A stretch of DNA of 64,000 nt from Candidatus Parcubacteria bacterium (lineage in GTDB: Bacteria; Patescibacteriota; Patescibacteriia; UBA1558; GWA2-36-10): the NCBI GenBank assembly GCA_018669975.1, contig JABHSK010000008.1, forward strand, positions 2,622-66,621, read 5' to 3'. Numbering within the stretch: position 1 is the first letter of the stretch; each line of letters opens with the position of its first letter. This document shows, in pieces, positions 19,396-30,222 of this stretch. The notes under the pieces were generated by a model. That model was given only the letters and a program-made list of their open reading frames with translations, made no database searches and was not told the DNA's origin. A program made the translations under genes and the position numbers.

Positions 19396-20724
19396 ATGTT
19401 TTTCAAAAAAACAAACAAGGAGGCAATAAAGGCACATCAACGTTTATTCAAATTTTTTATAGCTTTATTTATTTTCCTTATACCCTGGCAGACCCGATTT
19501 ATCTTTTATGATTGGAGATTAGGAGATCAAGTATGGCAATATGGCCGCCTGAGTATCTATTTTAGTATGACATTTTTGTTGGTAGCGGGAGTATTTTTTA
19601 TATTAGCGCACAAAAAAGAACTTCGTTTTTCTAAAAATAAGTTTCTTTATTTAATTTTTGGATTTTCAATATTAGCAAGTTTTTTCGCTGCTCAACCATT
19701 GGTGTCATTTTATTATTTGGCAATGATATACATGGCGGTGTTGTTTGCCTACCTGGTAAAATTTTTACCAAAGCATTTTATTTTTAGGGCATTCTTGTTT
19801 AGTGGTTTAATACAGGGATTGATAGCGCTACAGCAATTTTTGGCCCAAAGAATTTTTGCCAATAAATGGCTTGGTATAGCTGAACATCTACCTGAAATTG
19901 CTGGCACTTCAGTAGTTGAGGTGGCTGGGCAGAGGATATTGAGATCCTATGGGGCTTTACCACATCCAAATATTTTGGGTGGTTTTATGTTTCTGGTTAT
20001 TTTTTTAGGAATATATCTTTGGATAAATTTTTATCAAAAATGTGCAAAAAATAATTGGAAGAGCTCTTTTCTACAAAAACACCTGCCAGAATTTATTTTT
20101 ATTTTATCTACTTTAGTAATCAGTACCTATGGTTTACTTACTTCATTCTCTCGTAGTGCTTTGCTAGCTTTATTTTTAGGATTACTGAGTGTGTTACTGA
20201 TCAATACACTTAGAAACAATTGGCTGGTAGTCAATGTGATTATTAAATATGCTGTAGTTTTCATGTTAATTTTTTGGTCATTCAATTTTTGGTCACCCGG
20301 CACTTGGTCTAATCGTTGGCATATGGAAGGTCGCTTAGAGGAGCAGGCAATTGAGGAGAGGATTAGTACCATGGAACAGTTGGGCTTTGACTCTTATAAA
20401 AATATGATGATTGGTCAGGGCTTGGGAATGAATACTTATTTAACTTTCCAAAAAGATTTAAATCGCCCTGTTTATAATATTCAACCGATTCATAATATAT
20501 TCATGCTGTCTTTAGCGGAATTGGGTATTATTGGAGTGTTACTTTTATTCAATATTATAGCGATGGTTTTTAAGGCGGCCAACAAGGTAGACATTATGTC
20601 GACCAGTCTAATACTGGGTCTAGCTGTCATTGGTATGTTTGATCATTATTTATGGACCTCTTGGGTTGGTGTGTTGATGCTCGCTTTTGCGTTCATAAAT
20701 TTATTTAAACAGCAGGAGAAGTAA
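19396..20724 (+). CDS. O-antigen ligase/polymerase-like (Wzy_C family) multi-pass membrane protein
   Basis: About 11 predicted TM helices with a large loop plus a GxxMFLxxxxG-type segment, typical of O-antigen ligase-like proteins. This is a topology-based call. Confidence 0.5.
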   Translation: MFFKKTNKEAIKAHQRLFKFFIALFIFLIPWQTRFIFYDWRLGDQVWQYGRLSIYFSMTFLLVAGVFFILAHKKELRFSKNKFLYLIFGFSILASFFAAQPLVSFYYLAMIYMAVLFAYLVKFLPKHFIFRAFLFSGLIQGLIALQQFLAQRIFANKWLGIAEHLPEIAGTSVVEVAGQRILRSYGALPHPNILGGFMFLVIFLGIYLWINFYQKCAKNNWKSSFLQKHLPEFIFILSTLVISTYGLLTSFSRSALLALFLGLLSVLLINTLRNNWLVVNVIIKYAVVFMLIFWSFNFWSPGTWSNRWHMEGRLEEQAIEERISTMEQLGFDSYKNMMIGQGLGMNTYLTFQKDLNRPVYNIQPIHNIFMLSLAELGIIGVLLLFNIIAMVFKAANKVDIMSTSLILGLAVIGMFDHYLWTSWVGVLMLAFAFINLFKQQEK

Positions 20725-20796
20725 ATTTTATTTTATATTTTTTTAAAGAAGAGATTGGTCATTGGCTAATCTCTTTTTGTATAATATAATATCTAC

Positions 20797-22255
20797 ATGT
20801 TGTTCAATTCTATACATTTTTTGATATTTTTTCCGCTTATTGTCTTATTATATTTTAGTTTAAGTCATAAATATCGGTGGATTTTATTGTTATTAGCCAG
20901 CTATTATTTTTATATGAGCTGGAAGGTTGAGTATGTAATTTTAATTATATTCTCAACCTTAGTGGATTATTTTGTAGCCATAGCCATAGCCAAAGAGGAT
21001 GATAAACGCATTAAAAAAACCCTGTTGTTTACTAGTATACTCGTCAACGTTGGGCTTTTATTTGTTTTTAAATATTTTAATTTTGTTAGTGATTCCCTAA
21101 GATTAGTTTTAGCTAATTTTAGTATACAATTTTCAGCACCTACTTTGAATATCTTGTTGCCGGTTGGAATATCTTTTTATACTTTCCAAACTTTAGGCTA
21201 CACTATTGATGTTTATCGAGGCAAAATTAATCCAGAAAAACATTTGGGTATATTTGCTCTTTATGTTTCATTTTTCCCCACAGCTTGTAGCTGGACCGAT
21301 TGAGCGTGCCAAAAATTTATTGCCACAGTTTTTTAGAAAAGTTTATTTTGACTATATTAGGGTGACTGATGGGCTTAAGTTGATGCTGTGGGGTATGTTT
21401 AAAAAAATAGTTATAGCTGACAACTTAGCGAAATATGTCAATCTTGTTTATAATGATGTCCACGCTTATACTGGGTTGCCACTTATTATAGCGACTATAT
21501 TTTTTGCTTTTCAAATATACTGTGATTTTTCCGGATATTCAGATATTGCTATTGGTGCTAGTCAGGTGATGGGATTCAAGTTGATGGACAATTTTAAGCG
21601 GCCATATTATTCCAAGTCAATTGCAGAGTTTTGGAAGAGATGGCACATCTCCCTGTCTTCTTGGTTCCGGGATTATTTATATATAACCTTAGGAGGGAAC
21701 AGAGTTTCAATATCACGTTTACATTTTAATTTATTTATAACCTTCTTAGTTAGTGGCTTATGGCATGGTGCAAACTGGACCTTTGTTATTTGGGGAGCAC
21801 TACATGCTTTTTATATTATTTTTGCTTTATTTTCTAAAGGTATTAGAGAAAGAATAGTTGCCTTTATCAAAATTAGGCGTCTGCCCACTTTAAATAAATA
21901 TTCGCAAGTATTAACCACTTTTTCTTTAGTTAGTTTTGCTTGGATATTTTTTCGATCTAATAATGTGTCAGACGCTTTTTATGTAGTAGGTAATTTATTT
22001 AATTGGCAGGGATTTACAGATTTTAGTTATATTCGTGCATCTTTATTTTTGGCTTCCCCATATATCTTTATTGTGAGTGTGGTGGGGATTATATTTTTAG
22101 AGTTTGTTCATTATATCCAACGACAGGGTAGTATACGACATATGATGTCGAATAAGCCCGTCTACCTTAGGTTTTTTGTTTATTATGTTTTACTTTTTAG
22201 CATCTTGTTATTTGGTAACTTTACTAGTCAAGAGTTTATTTATTTCCAATTTTAA
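20797..22255 (+). pseudogene. MBOAT-family membrane O-acyltransferase (DltB/AlgI-like) interrupted by a +1 frameshift in a C4 homopolymer
   Basis: The N-terminal piece (20797-21303) begins MLFNSIHFLIFFP (DltB/AlgI N-terminus). The second piece (21206-22255) carries FSPQLVAGPIERA and FWKRWHISLSSWFRDYLYITLGG with the catalytic His (MBOAT signature). The frames join if one C is removed from cccc at 21276-21279 (YVSFFPQLVAGPIE). Confidence 0.7.
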
Positions 22256-22257
22256 TT

Positions 22258-23319
22258 ATGAAAAATATTTGGTTAAAATTATTAATTTTTATATCTCCAT
22301 TGATTGTTTTAGTGGTTGTTGATTTGTATGTATTGCCACCAGGATATTTTACTTATCGTAGCTGGGAGGAAGTTTCATATAATAGATTTGATAATTTTAA
22401 AGTAGGACCATTTTATCCCAATGTTAAAGTAAACAGGTTGGAGGAGGGTAACCTAGGGCACCATAGTGGGTATGCAGAAATTAAAGAAGTTGAATGGGTT
22501 ACAGATCAGTATGGTTATAGAAGTTATGAAGGTAAGGGACACGACACAGTAGTAATTGGAGATAGTTTCATAGCGGGAGCTACCCTTGATCAGGTAGATA
22601 CTTTTACAGAGGTTTTAGAGAGCATGATAGATGGTGATGTTTATTCAATGGCTAACGCTAACATCAATGATTATTTGAGCGATAAAAGATTTTCAGAAGA
22701 GCCTCCTAAAAGAGTAATTATGGCAAGTATTAGATTGTTATCAAATATAGAAACAAAAACGACGAACGAAAGTAGCGTGGAGAAATTTTTTAAGGAGAAA
22801 GATATTACACAAGAAATTATTAAAGAGATTGATAGATTTTTAAAGTTAAGGATAATACGTTATACAAATAGTGCACTTAAAAGAACCATTAATCAGTTTT
22901 TTGATAAAGATACAGTAGCTGACATTGCTTTTATTAGTAATGACGTTTTATTTTTAAAATTGAAAAATGATTATTTACGAAGAACTGATGATGATGTGAA
23001 GCCAGCTGTTTCCATTATAAAAAGTTATCATGATTATTTTACTTCTCAGGGGATAGAATTTATGTTTTTACCTATACCTAATAAGAGAGATATCTATCAT
23101 GAGTTATTACCACAGGAACAAAAATCAAATTTTGTACCTTTATTAGTAGATAGTTTGCAAGATGAGGGGGTGGGGGTTGTAAATATATATACAGTTTTTG
23201 AGGAAGCCTATGAAAACGGAGAAGACTTTTATCATCTTGATGATACACATTGGAACAAAGAGGGTGCTCGCGTAGCTGCCGGGTTAACAGCTGACATGAT
23301 AAATAATACTGAAGAGTAG
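22258..23319 (+). CDS. AlgJ/AlgX/DltD-like SGNH-fold acyltransferase partner of MBOAT
   Basis: N-terminal anchor, GDSF block (VVIGDSFIAG) and the C-terminal YHLDDTHWN motif (D-x-H-W of the AlgJ family). It lies immediately downstream of the MBOAT gene. Confidence 0.6.
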   Translation: MKNIWLKLLIFISPLIVLVVVDLYVLPPGYFTYRSWEEVSYNRFDNFKVGPFYPNVKVNRLEEGNLGHHSGYAEIKEVEWVTDQYGYRSYEGKGHDTVVIGDSFIAGATLDQVDTFTEVLESMIDGDVYSMANANINDYLSDKRFSEEPPKRVIMASIRLLSNIETKTTNESSVEKFFKEKDITQEIIKEIDRFLKLRIIRYTNSALKRTINQFFDKDTVADIAFISNDVLFLKLKNDYLRRTDDDVKPAVSIIKSYHDYFTSQGIEFMFLPIPNKRDIYHELLPQEQKSNFVPLLVDSLQDEGVGVVNIYTVFEEAYENGEDFYHLDDTHWNKEGARVAAGLTADMINNTEE

Positions 23320-23339
23320 TCTCTTTTTGGTATAATATA

Positions 23340-23368
23340 TTGACAAAATATAGTTAGCACTCTATAAT
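23340..23368 (+). promoter_or_regulatory. Sigma70-like promoter of groES-groEL (TTGACA-17-TATAAT)
   Basis: TTGACA at 23340-23345, a 17-nt spacer, TATAAT at 23363-23368. It overlaps the CIRCE operator. Confidence 0.6.
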
Positions 23369-23380
23369 ATGGAGTGCTAA
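23354..23380 (+). promoter_or_regulatory. CIRCE inverted repeat (HrcA operator)
   Basis: TTAGCACTC-tataatatg-GAGTGCTAA is a perfect match to the CIRCE consensus TTAGCACTC-N9-GAGTGCTAA, located directly upstream of groES. Confidence 0.9.
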
Positions 23381-23407
23381 TTTTAATTAATATTAATATT
23401 AAAAAAT

Positions 23408-23683
23408 ATGAACTTAAAGCCATTGGGCGATAGGGTCATTGTTCAACCAATGCCCAAAGAAGAAACCACAAAATCAGGTATTATCTTACCAGAAACAGTC
23501 AATAAAGAGGCTCGTCAAGAAGGTAAATTAGTAGCCATTGGCAATGGTGAAAAAGTCAGCCAGCTTAATCTAGCTACTGGACAAAAAGTTGTATTCTCTG
23601 AATATGGCGGTTCAGATATTAAAGTTGATGATCAAGAGTATAAAATTTTAAATCATGATGATTTACTCGCAATAGTTGAGTAA
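23408..23683 (+). CDS. groES: Co-chaperonin GroES
   Basis: MNLKPLGDRVIVQPMPKEETTKSGIILPE..., 91 aa. Confidence 0.95.
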   Translation: MNLKPLGDRVIVQPMPKEETTKSGIILPETVNKEARQEGKLVAIGNGEKVSQLNLATGQKVVFSEYGGSDIKVDDQEYKILNHDDLLAIVE

Positions 23684-23697
23684 TTTTTTATTAATAA

Positions 23698-25356
<1,659 letters not shown>

Positions 25357-25387
25357 TAATCTAGAATAATATATAAATATGCAAAAA

Positions 25388-25410
25388 TACCCTTTACGGG
25401 TGTTTTTGTG
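25388..25410 (+). terminator. Weak rho-independent terminator after groEL
   Basis: taccctttacgggtgtttttg: a short 4-5 bp stem plus a T-run. Confidence 0.35.
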
Positions 25411-25473
25411 TTATAATAGAAAAGTTATAATATTTTATATATATTGCTTTAAAAACTAATAATTTTAAACATT

Positions 25474-28191
25474 ATGAACAAGAAAATTATTTTAATGACT
25501 ACAATTCTAGCTATGGTAGGCTTGCTTTTTGTAAACCTAGTCGAAGCCAGACAATATGTTGGTCGTTATTCCACTATTTTTGATTTAGATGGTGGAGGAG
25601 ATATTGACTTAACGGATATATCATTAATTGCTAGTTATTTACAAACTAGTAATAACGATGCTTGCTTTAATCAATATGAACCATTTTTAACCTCAGCTTT
25701 TATGGAGTCTGACAGCTGGTGCAGCTCTCTATTAGGGATTACGGGGGCTACTTTAAGATCAGGAGAATATGATGCAGTGGCTGATCTAAACGATGATGGT
25801 ATAGTAAATATTTCAGACCTTGCTTTAATTGCCACTTATTACGGAAATGACTACGGGCAAGTTTGTATGGCTCAGATTGCCAACAACTATAGTATGGAAG
25901 GCACCCCTTGGTGTGATGGTATTTATCAAGGTATTGCTGATACTATCGGTGAGGCTGATGGTGGTCCTGATTTAAGTCCGGAGACTATTACGATATCTCC
26001 AGAGGAGCCTATTGTTTGGACAGAAACAGAAATAACTGTTCAGGTTAGGAATACTGGCACTACTTCTTTTACAGATCAGAGCACTATCAATGATTTTTAT
26101 AGGATGTTAGGAAATTTTGAAGTAGAGCAAGAAATACTACCAGAAGTTTCTACTAGTAATCCAATAGAGCCAGGTGAAACTTACGAGGTTATTTTTCGAG
26201 GTAAATATACTAGACTGGGCAATCAACACTTGAGTTTTGTGGTTGATCCTCAGGATAATTTAGATGAACTAAATGAATATAATAACAGTATAACAGCTAG
26301 AGTTAGCGCTTCAGCATCTTCTGATATTGATTTATCTGTTGAAGATATTAATTTTGAGTCAGATAACAATTTACCCAATGAGACAGGTGTGCTATCCGTT
26401 ACTTTGAAGAATAATGGAGAAGCTATTACCAGTTCACTTGGTGTTTATAGTATATCTAATAATTTTGCTAATAAAGGTTTTGTGTTTTCTGGTGGATCTA
26501 ATAACTATACAGTAGACAGAGACAATAAACATATAACTGGTAGCTTTCCTTTTCACGCTGGAGACACCTTGACCATGTCTTGGCAGGGGCACTTTGCTTC
26601 AGAAGGTAATAAATCTCTACAGTGTGATGCAGATAGATATAATCATTTAGCGGAGACCAATGAGTTAAATAATAGTTTAACTAAAGTAATAGTTATTAGT
26701 TCAAATCAGACCACTTTACCAGATTATCCCGTTTGTGATCACAATGGCGATGGTTTGTATAATTTAAGTGATGTTGCTTTGTTTGCTGGTTGTCAAAACA
26801 CCTTTGATGCTAACGGTGACGGAGTACACAATTTAACCGATCTTTCTTTGTATGCTAGTAACTATAGTGATGCAGCTTGGTGCGCAACTAATTTACCTGA
26901 ATGTGCTCCAGAAGAAGCAGATGAAATGCCCGAACATACAACTTGTGATCATAACAGTGATGGTTTGTATAATTTAGCAGACATTTCTTTGTTTGCTAGT
27001 TGTATGGATACTTTTGATGCCAACGATGATGGTGTACATAATTTAACCGATCTTTCTTTGTATGCTAGTAATCACAATGATCAAGATTGGTGTGAACAAT
27101 ATTTACCTGAATGTGCCTCTGAGGACGATACAGATGATAACAGTGATTATTTAACCATTGTTAAGACTAGAGTAGATCAAATCACGCAAACCTCAGCTAG
27201 AGTGTATTGGCAGGCTAGTATGGGTAGCATGGGCGAATATCGTTATGCTACTTCTACCCAAGGTTTAGCTAGTGCAAGTAGCTGGTCAAATGGTATAGAT
27301 AACCATCCAGACCAGACAGGAAACATGTTTGCTAGTATGGTTACATTGAATAATTTGGAATCTAATACTAAATATTACATAGAGCTCAAAAAATTCTATA
27401 TGGATGGCCCTAACTATGTTTACGGAGATCCTAAGATAATTACTTTCGTTACTTTAGGTGAAGATGATGAGGGTCCAGAGGAAAAAATAACCATTTGTCA
27501 CACAACAGGTAGTGGTAAGAATCAGACTTTAAGTGTCGCAGAGTCTGCTTGGGTAGCCCATCAGAGACACGGGGATACTAGAGGTGCTTGTGAAGAAATT
27601 GACTTGCCACCGGTTATAGTCAAGCCACCAACAATAGTAGACAGTAGTTTAGTTGGTAGAGTTCGTGGTCGAATTTTGCTCCAAGTAGAAAACAATGGTG
27701 AAGCTTGGTATGTGCGCCCTAGTAACGGTAAGAAGGTTTATATGAAAGATGGTGGCGCTGCCTATGGTATGATGAGAAATCTTGGTTTAGGCATTACCAA
27801 TGCGAATTTAAAGAAAATTCCAGTTGGTGTAGAAGATAGGTTTGAGTCACGCGATACAGATGGTGATGGTTTGCCAGATAAACTGGAAGAAGGTCTAGGC
27901 ACAGATCCGAATAATCCTGATACAGATGGTGATGGTCACAATGACCGAACCGAGGTGCTTAATGGATATAATCCACTAGGAACAGGTCAGATGACTTACG
28001 ATAGTAATCTAGTCAATGGTATCTTGGGCAAGATTGTACTTCAGGTAGAGTCTCGTGGTGAAGCCTGGTACATTAATCCTGTAGATGGTAAGCGCTATTA
28101 TATGAAAGATGGTCCCGCTGCCTATCAGATTATGAGATACCTTAGTTTGGGTATTACTAACAAGGATTTAAATAGTATTGATACAGAGTAG
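25474..28191 (+). CDS. Large secreted/anchored repeat protein with dockerin-like Ca-binding modules, TSP3-like D-x-D-x-D-G repeats and a duplicated C-terminal GEAWY repeat module
   Basis: N-terminal signal/anchor (MNKKIILMTTILAMVGLLFV). Four dockerin-like segments (DLNDDGIVNISDLALIATYYGN; CDHNGDGLYNLSDVALFAG ... DANGDGVHNLTDLSLYAS ×2). TSP3-like DTDGDGLPDKLEEGLGTDPNNPDTDGDGHNDRTE. Two copies of LLQVE..GEAWYV.P..GK..YMKDG.AAY.MMR.LGLGITN. Confidence 0.6.
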   Translation: MNKKIILMTTILAMVGLLFVNLVEARQYVGRYSTIFDLDGGGDIDLTDISLIASYLQTSNNDACFNQYEPFLTSAFMESDSWCSSLLGITGATLRSGEYDAVADLNDDGIVNISDLALIATYYGNDYGQVCMAQIANNYSMEGTPWCDGIYQGIADTIGEADGGPDLSPETITISPEEPIVWTETEITVQVRNTGTTSFTDQSTINDFYRMLGNFEVEQEILPEVSTSNPIEPGETYEVIFRGKYTRLGNQHLSFVVDPQDNLDELNEYNNSITARVSASASSDIDLSVEDINFESDNNLPNETGVLSVTLKNNGEAITSSLGVYSISNNFANKGFVFSGGSNNYTVDRDNKHITGSFPFHAGDTLTMSWQGHFASEGNKSLQCDADRYNHLAETNELNNSLTKVIVISSNQTTLPDYPVCDHNGDGLYNLSDVALFAGCQNTFDANGDGVHNLTDLSLYASNYSDAAWCATNLPECAPEEADEMPEHTTCDHNSDGLYNLADISLFASCMDTFDANDDGVHNLTDLSLYASNHNDQDWCEQYLPECASEDDTDDNSDYLTIVKTRVDQITQTSARVYWQASMGSMGEYRYATSTQGLASASSWSNGIDNHPDQTGNMFASMVTLNNLESNTKYYIELKKFYMDGPNYVYGDPKIITFVTLGEDDEGPEEKITICHTTGSGKNQTLSVAESAWVAHQRHGDTRGACEEIDLPPVIVKPPTIVDSSLVGRVRGRILLQVENNGEAWYVRPSNGKKVYMKDGGAAYGMMRNLGLGITNANLKKIPVGVEDRFESRDTDGDGLPDKLEEGLGTDPNNPDTDGDGHNDRTEVLNGYNPLGTGQMTYDSNLVNGILGKIVLQVESRGEAWYINPVDGKRYYMKDGPAAYQIMRYLSLGITNKDLNSIDTE
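26735..27152. repeat. Tandem ~209-bp intragenic duplication (2 units) encoding Cys-containing dockerin-like modules
   Basis: Unit 1 starts at tgtgatcacaatggcgatggtttgtataatttaagtgat (26735). Unit 2 starts at tgtgatcataacagtgatggtttgtataatttagcagac (26944). They are roughly 85% identical at the DNA level by eye. Confidence 0.6.
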
Positions 28192-28197
28192 TATAAG

Positions 28198-28228
28198 AAA
28201 AACCCCGCTAAAAGCGGGGTTTTTTATT
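28198..28228 (+). terminator. Rho-independent terminator
   Basis: aaaaaccccgctaaaagcggggttttttattt: a perfect 7-bp GC-rich stem plus a T-run. Confidence 0.8.
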
Positions 28229-28279
28229 TATTTTAATAATGCTATAATTAACATAATAAAAAATAAGTAATTAAAATTT

Positions 28280-30151
28280 ATGAAAAAATTATTATTATTT
28301 TTCGGTCTACTATTAACCTCTCTTGTTATAGCTGACAGTGTTAGCGCTGCTTCTTTAGAGGTGGTTTATCCAAGTGGAGGTGAAAGATTAAAGGGTGGCG
28401 AGACCTATGAGTTTCGGTTGAATCAAGTGGGCTTAAAGTCAGTCAGGATTCGGTTAGAAAATTCGGAGGGCTATACTATGACCGGAACCTCTGCCTCTAT
28501 AGATATAGATTCAGACGCTAGTCAAGTGAGTTATCAGTACACAGTTCCGAATAGACCAGATTTAGAGGGGGACAATGAATATAAAGTGGACCTGACAGGG
28601 TATAAATTAGATTCTTCTGAACCAGGGGGTAATCCCAGCGCCCAGAGCGATGGTTATTTTTCTATATATCGTGATTTGCCAGATTTAGTGATTACAGATC
28701 TACAGGTTAAACAGTCTGTTGGTTGGTTAATTAACTGGTCTTCTGAGCCTCTAGTTTCTAATAACCGTCTATATTTTGATATTGTAACGGCTAACGAGGC
28801 TAATCCTATAGGTAATTATAGCTCAAAGATTAGAATAGAAGTAGGAGGCATGGTTTGTGAAAGAGAATATTCTACATCAGTACTTTCAGAATACACGACT
28901 TCTTGTTCTTCTTCTGATTTGAAGTTGTCGCCAGGTACTTATCAGGCTATTGCTACTATTGATCCAGAAAATAATGTTGCGGAAGTAGATGAAAATAATA
29001 ATACACAAACAATGACTCTTGAAATTATCGATGCCAACGAATATGTCTGGCCTATAAACGAATGCCAGTCTATTTATCCGCTGCCAGAAGGACACTATCA
29101 TGAGACATGTCTGGATATATTTATTGAAGACATCGAATTATCTTCAGCTAGTCCAAAGGTGAATGAAGAAATAACAATAGCAGTCAAAGGTGTTACTGAT
29201 TTTACCGGTGGACCTGTCACATTAGGAGATTTGGATAGGTATGACAATAATTTTCAAGATTTTATAACAACCAATATAGCGATTACCGAAGAACTTATAA
29301 ATCCAGGCGGACCCTTTGAATATTTATTTACAGGTCATTTTACATCCATTGGACAGAAAGAACTTCATTTTCAATATGACCCATTGAATAGAAAAAATGA
29401 AGCGAGCGAAAGCAATAATGAATATACGGAGGTAGTCTCTGTAGTTGCCAGCTCTAATGGTGATATAGGGGACGCTGATGGTGATGATGAAGCAACGGAC
29501 GATGACGAGCCAACAGAATGTATTGGTGGAACAGGTGATGGTCAGTTGGAATGCATGGATGATTCCGATGACGATACACCACCTGTGCCAACACTCTATG
29601 TAGATCAAAATTTAACCAATCGTCTTAAAGGTAAAATTTTATTGCAAGTGGAAGAACACGGTGAAGCTTGGTATGTTAGGCCAGATGATGGCAAGAGAAT
29701 GTACATGGCCGATGGTGATGCGGCCTATGGTATGATGAGAAATCTAGGTCTAGGTATCACCAACGCTGATTTAGCTAAAATACCAATTGGCTTTGAAGAT
29801 AGATTTGAATGTTTGGATACTGATGGCGATGGTTTATGTAATAAGTTAGAAGATGGGCTAGGCACTGATAAGTATAAAGCAGACTCTGACGGTGATGGTT
29901 TTGATGATGGCACAGAAATACGTAGTGATTATCAACCCCTAGGACCCGATAAGCTAAGTTATGATAATAATTTAATTAATCGTCTTAAAGGTAAGATTTT
30001 ATTGCAAGTTGAGGCTCATGGTGAAGCTTGGTACATAAATCCAGATGACGGCAAGAGGTATTATATGCCAGATGGTCCATCTGCCTATCAAATTATGAGG
30101 TTTCTCAGTTTGGGTATTACCAACAGCGATTTAGCTAAGATTGATACATAA
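28280..30151 (+). CDS. Paralogous secreted repeat protein sharing the C-terminal GEAWY-repeat / TSP3-like module with the upstream gene
   Basis: Signal peptide MKKLLLFFGLLLTSLVIADSVSA. C-terminus ...LLQVEEHGEAWYVRPDDGKRMYMADGDAAYGMMRNLGLGITNADLAKIPIGFEDRFECLDTDGDGLCNKLEDGLGTDKYKADSDGDGFDDGTE...LLQVEAHGEAWYINPDDGKRYYMPDGPSAYQIMRFLSLGITNSDLAKI. About 75% DNA identity to the corresponding part of 25474-28191 by eye. Confidence 0.6.
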   Translation: MKKLLLFFGLLLTSLVIADSVSAASLEVVYPSGGERLKGGETYEFRLNQVGLKSVRIRLENSEGYTMTGTSASIDIDSDASQVSYQYTVPNRPDLEGDNEYKVDLTGYKLDSSEPGGNPSAQSDGYFSIYRDLPDLVITDLQVKQSVGWLINWSSEPLVSNNRLYFDIVTANEANPIGNYSSKIRIEVGGMVCEREYSTSVLSEYTTSCSSSDLKLSPGTYQAIATIDPENNVAEVDENNNTQTMTLEIIDANEYVWPINECQSIYPLPEGHYHETCLDIFIEDIELSSASPKVNEEITIAVKGVTDFTGGPVTLGDLDRYDNNFQDFITTNIAITEELINPGGPFEYLFTGHFTSIGQKELHFQYDPLNRKNEASESNNEYTEVVSVVASSNGDIGDADGDDEATDDDEPTECIGGTGDGQLECMDDSDDDTPPVPTLYVDQNLTNRLKGKILLQVEEHGEAWYVRPDDGKRMYMADGDAAYGMMRNLGLGITNADLAKIPIGFEDRFECLDTDGDGLCNKLEDGLGTDKYKADSDGDGFDDGTEIRSDYQPLGPDKLSYDNNLINRLKGKILLQVEAHGEAWYINPDDGKRYYMPDGPSAYQIMRFLSLGITNSDLAKIDT

Positions 30152-30159
30152 TAAACTAT

Positions 30160-30192
30160 ATGACCCTCGAGTTTTTCTCGGGGGTTTTTAAA
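30160..30192 (+). terminator. Rho-independent terminator (imperfect stem)
   Basis: gaccctcgagtttttctcgggggttttta. Confidence 0.45.
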
Positions 30193-30222
30193 TTAAGCTA
30201 ATTTTTGGTATAATATAGATGT

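Noticed and set aside
20797-22255. Two separate ORFs (20797-21303 and 21206-22255) listed in the ORF track as independent genes
   Set aside because: Both are parts of one MBOAT acyltransferase: the N-terminal DltB/AlgI signature is in the first piece and the catalytic-His/WRRWH region is in the second. They are connected by a single-base frameshift in a C4 run, so they are reported as one frameshifted gene.
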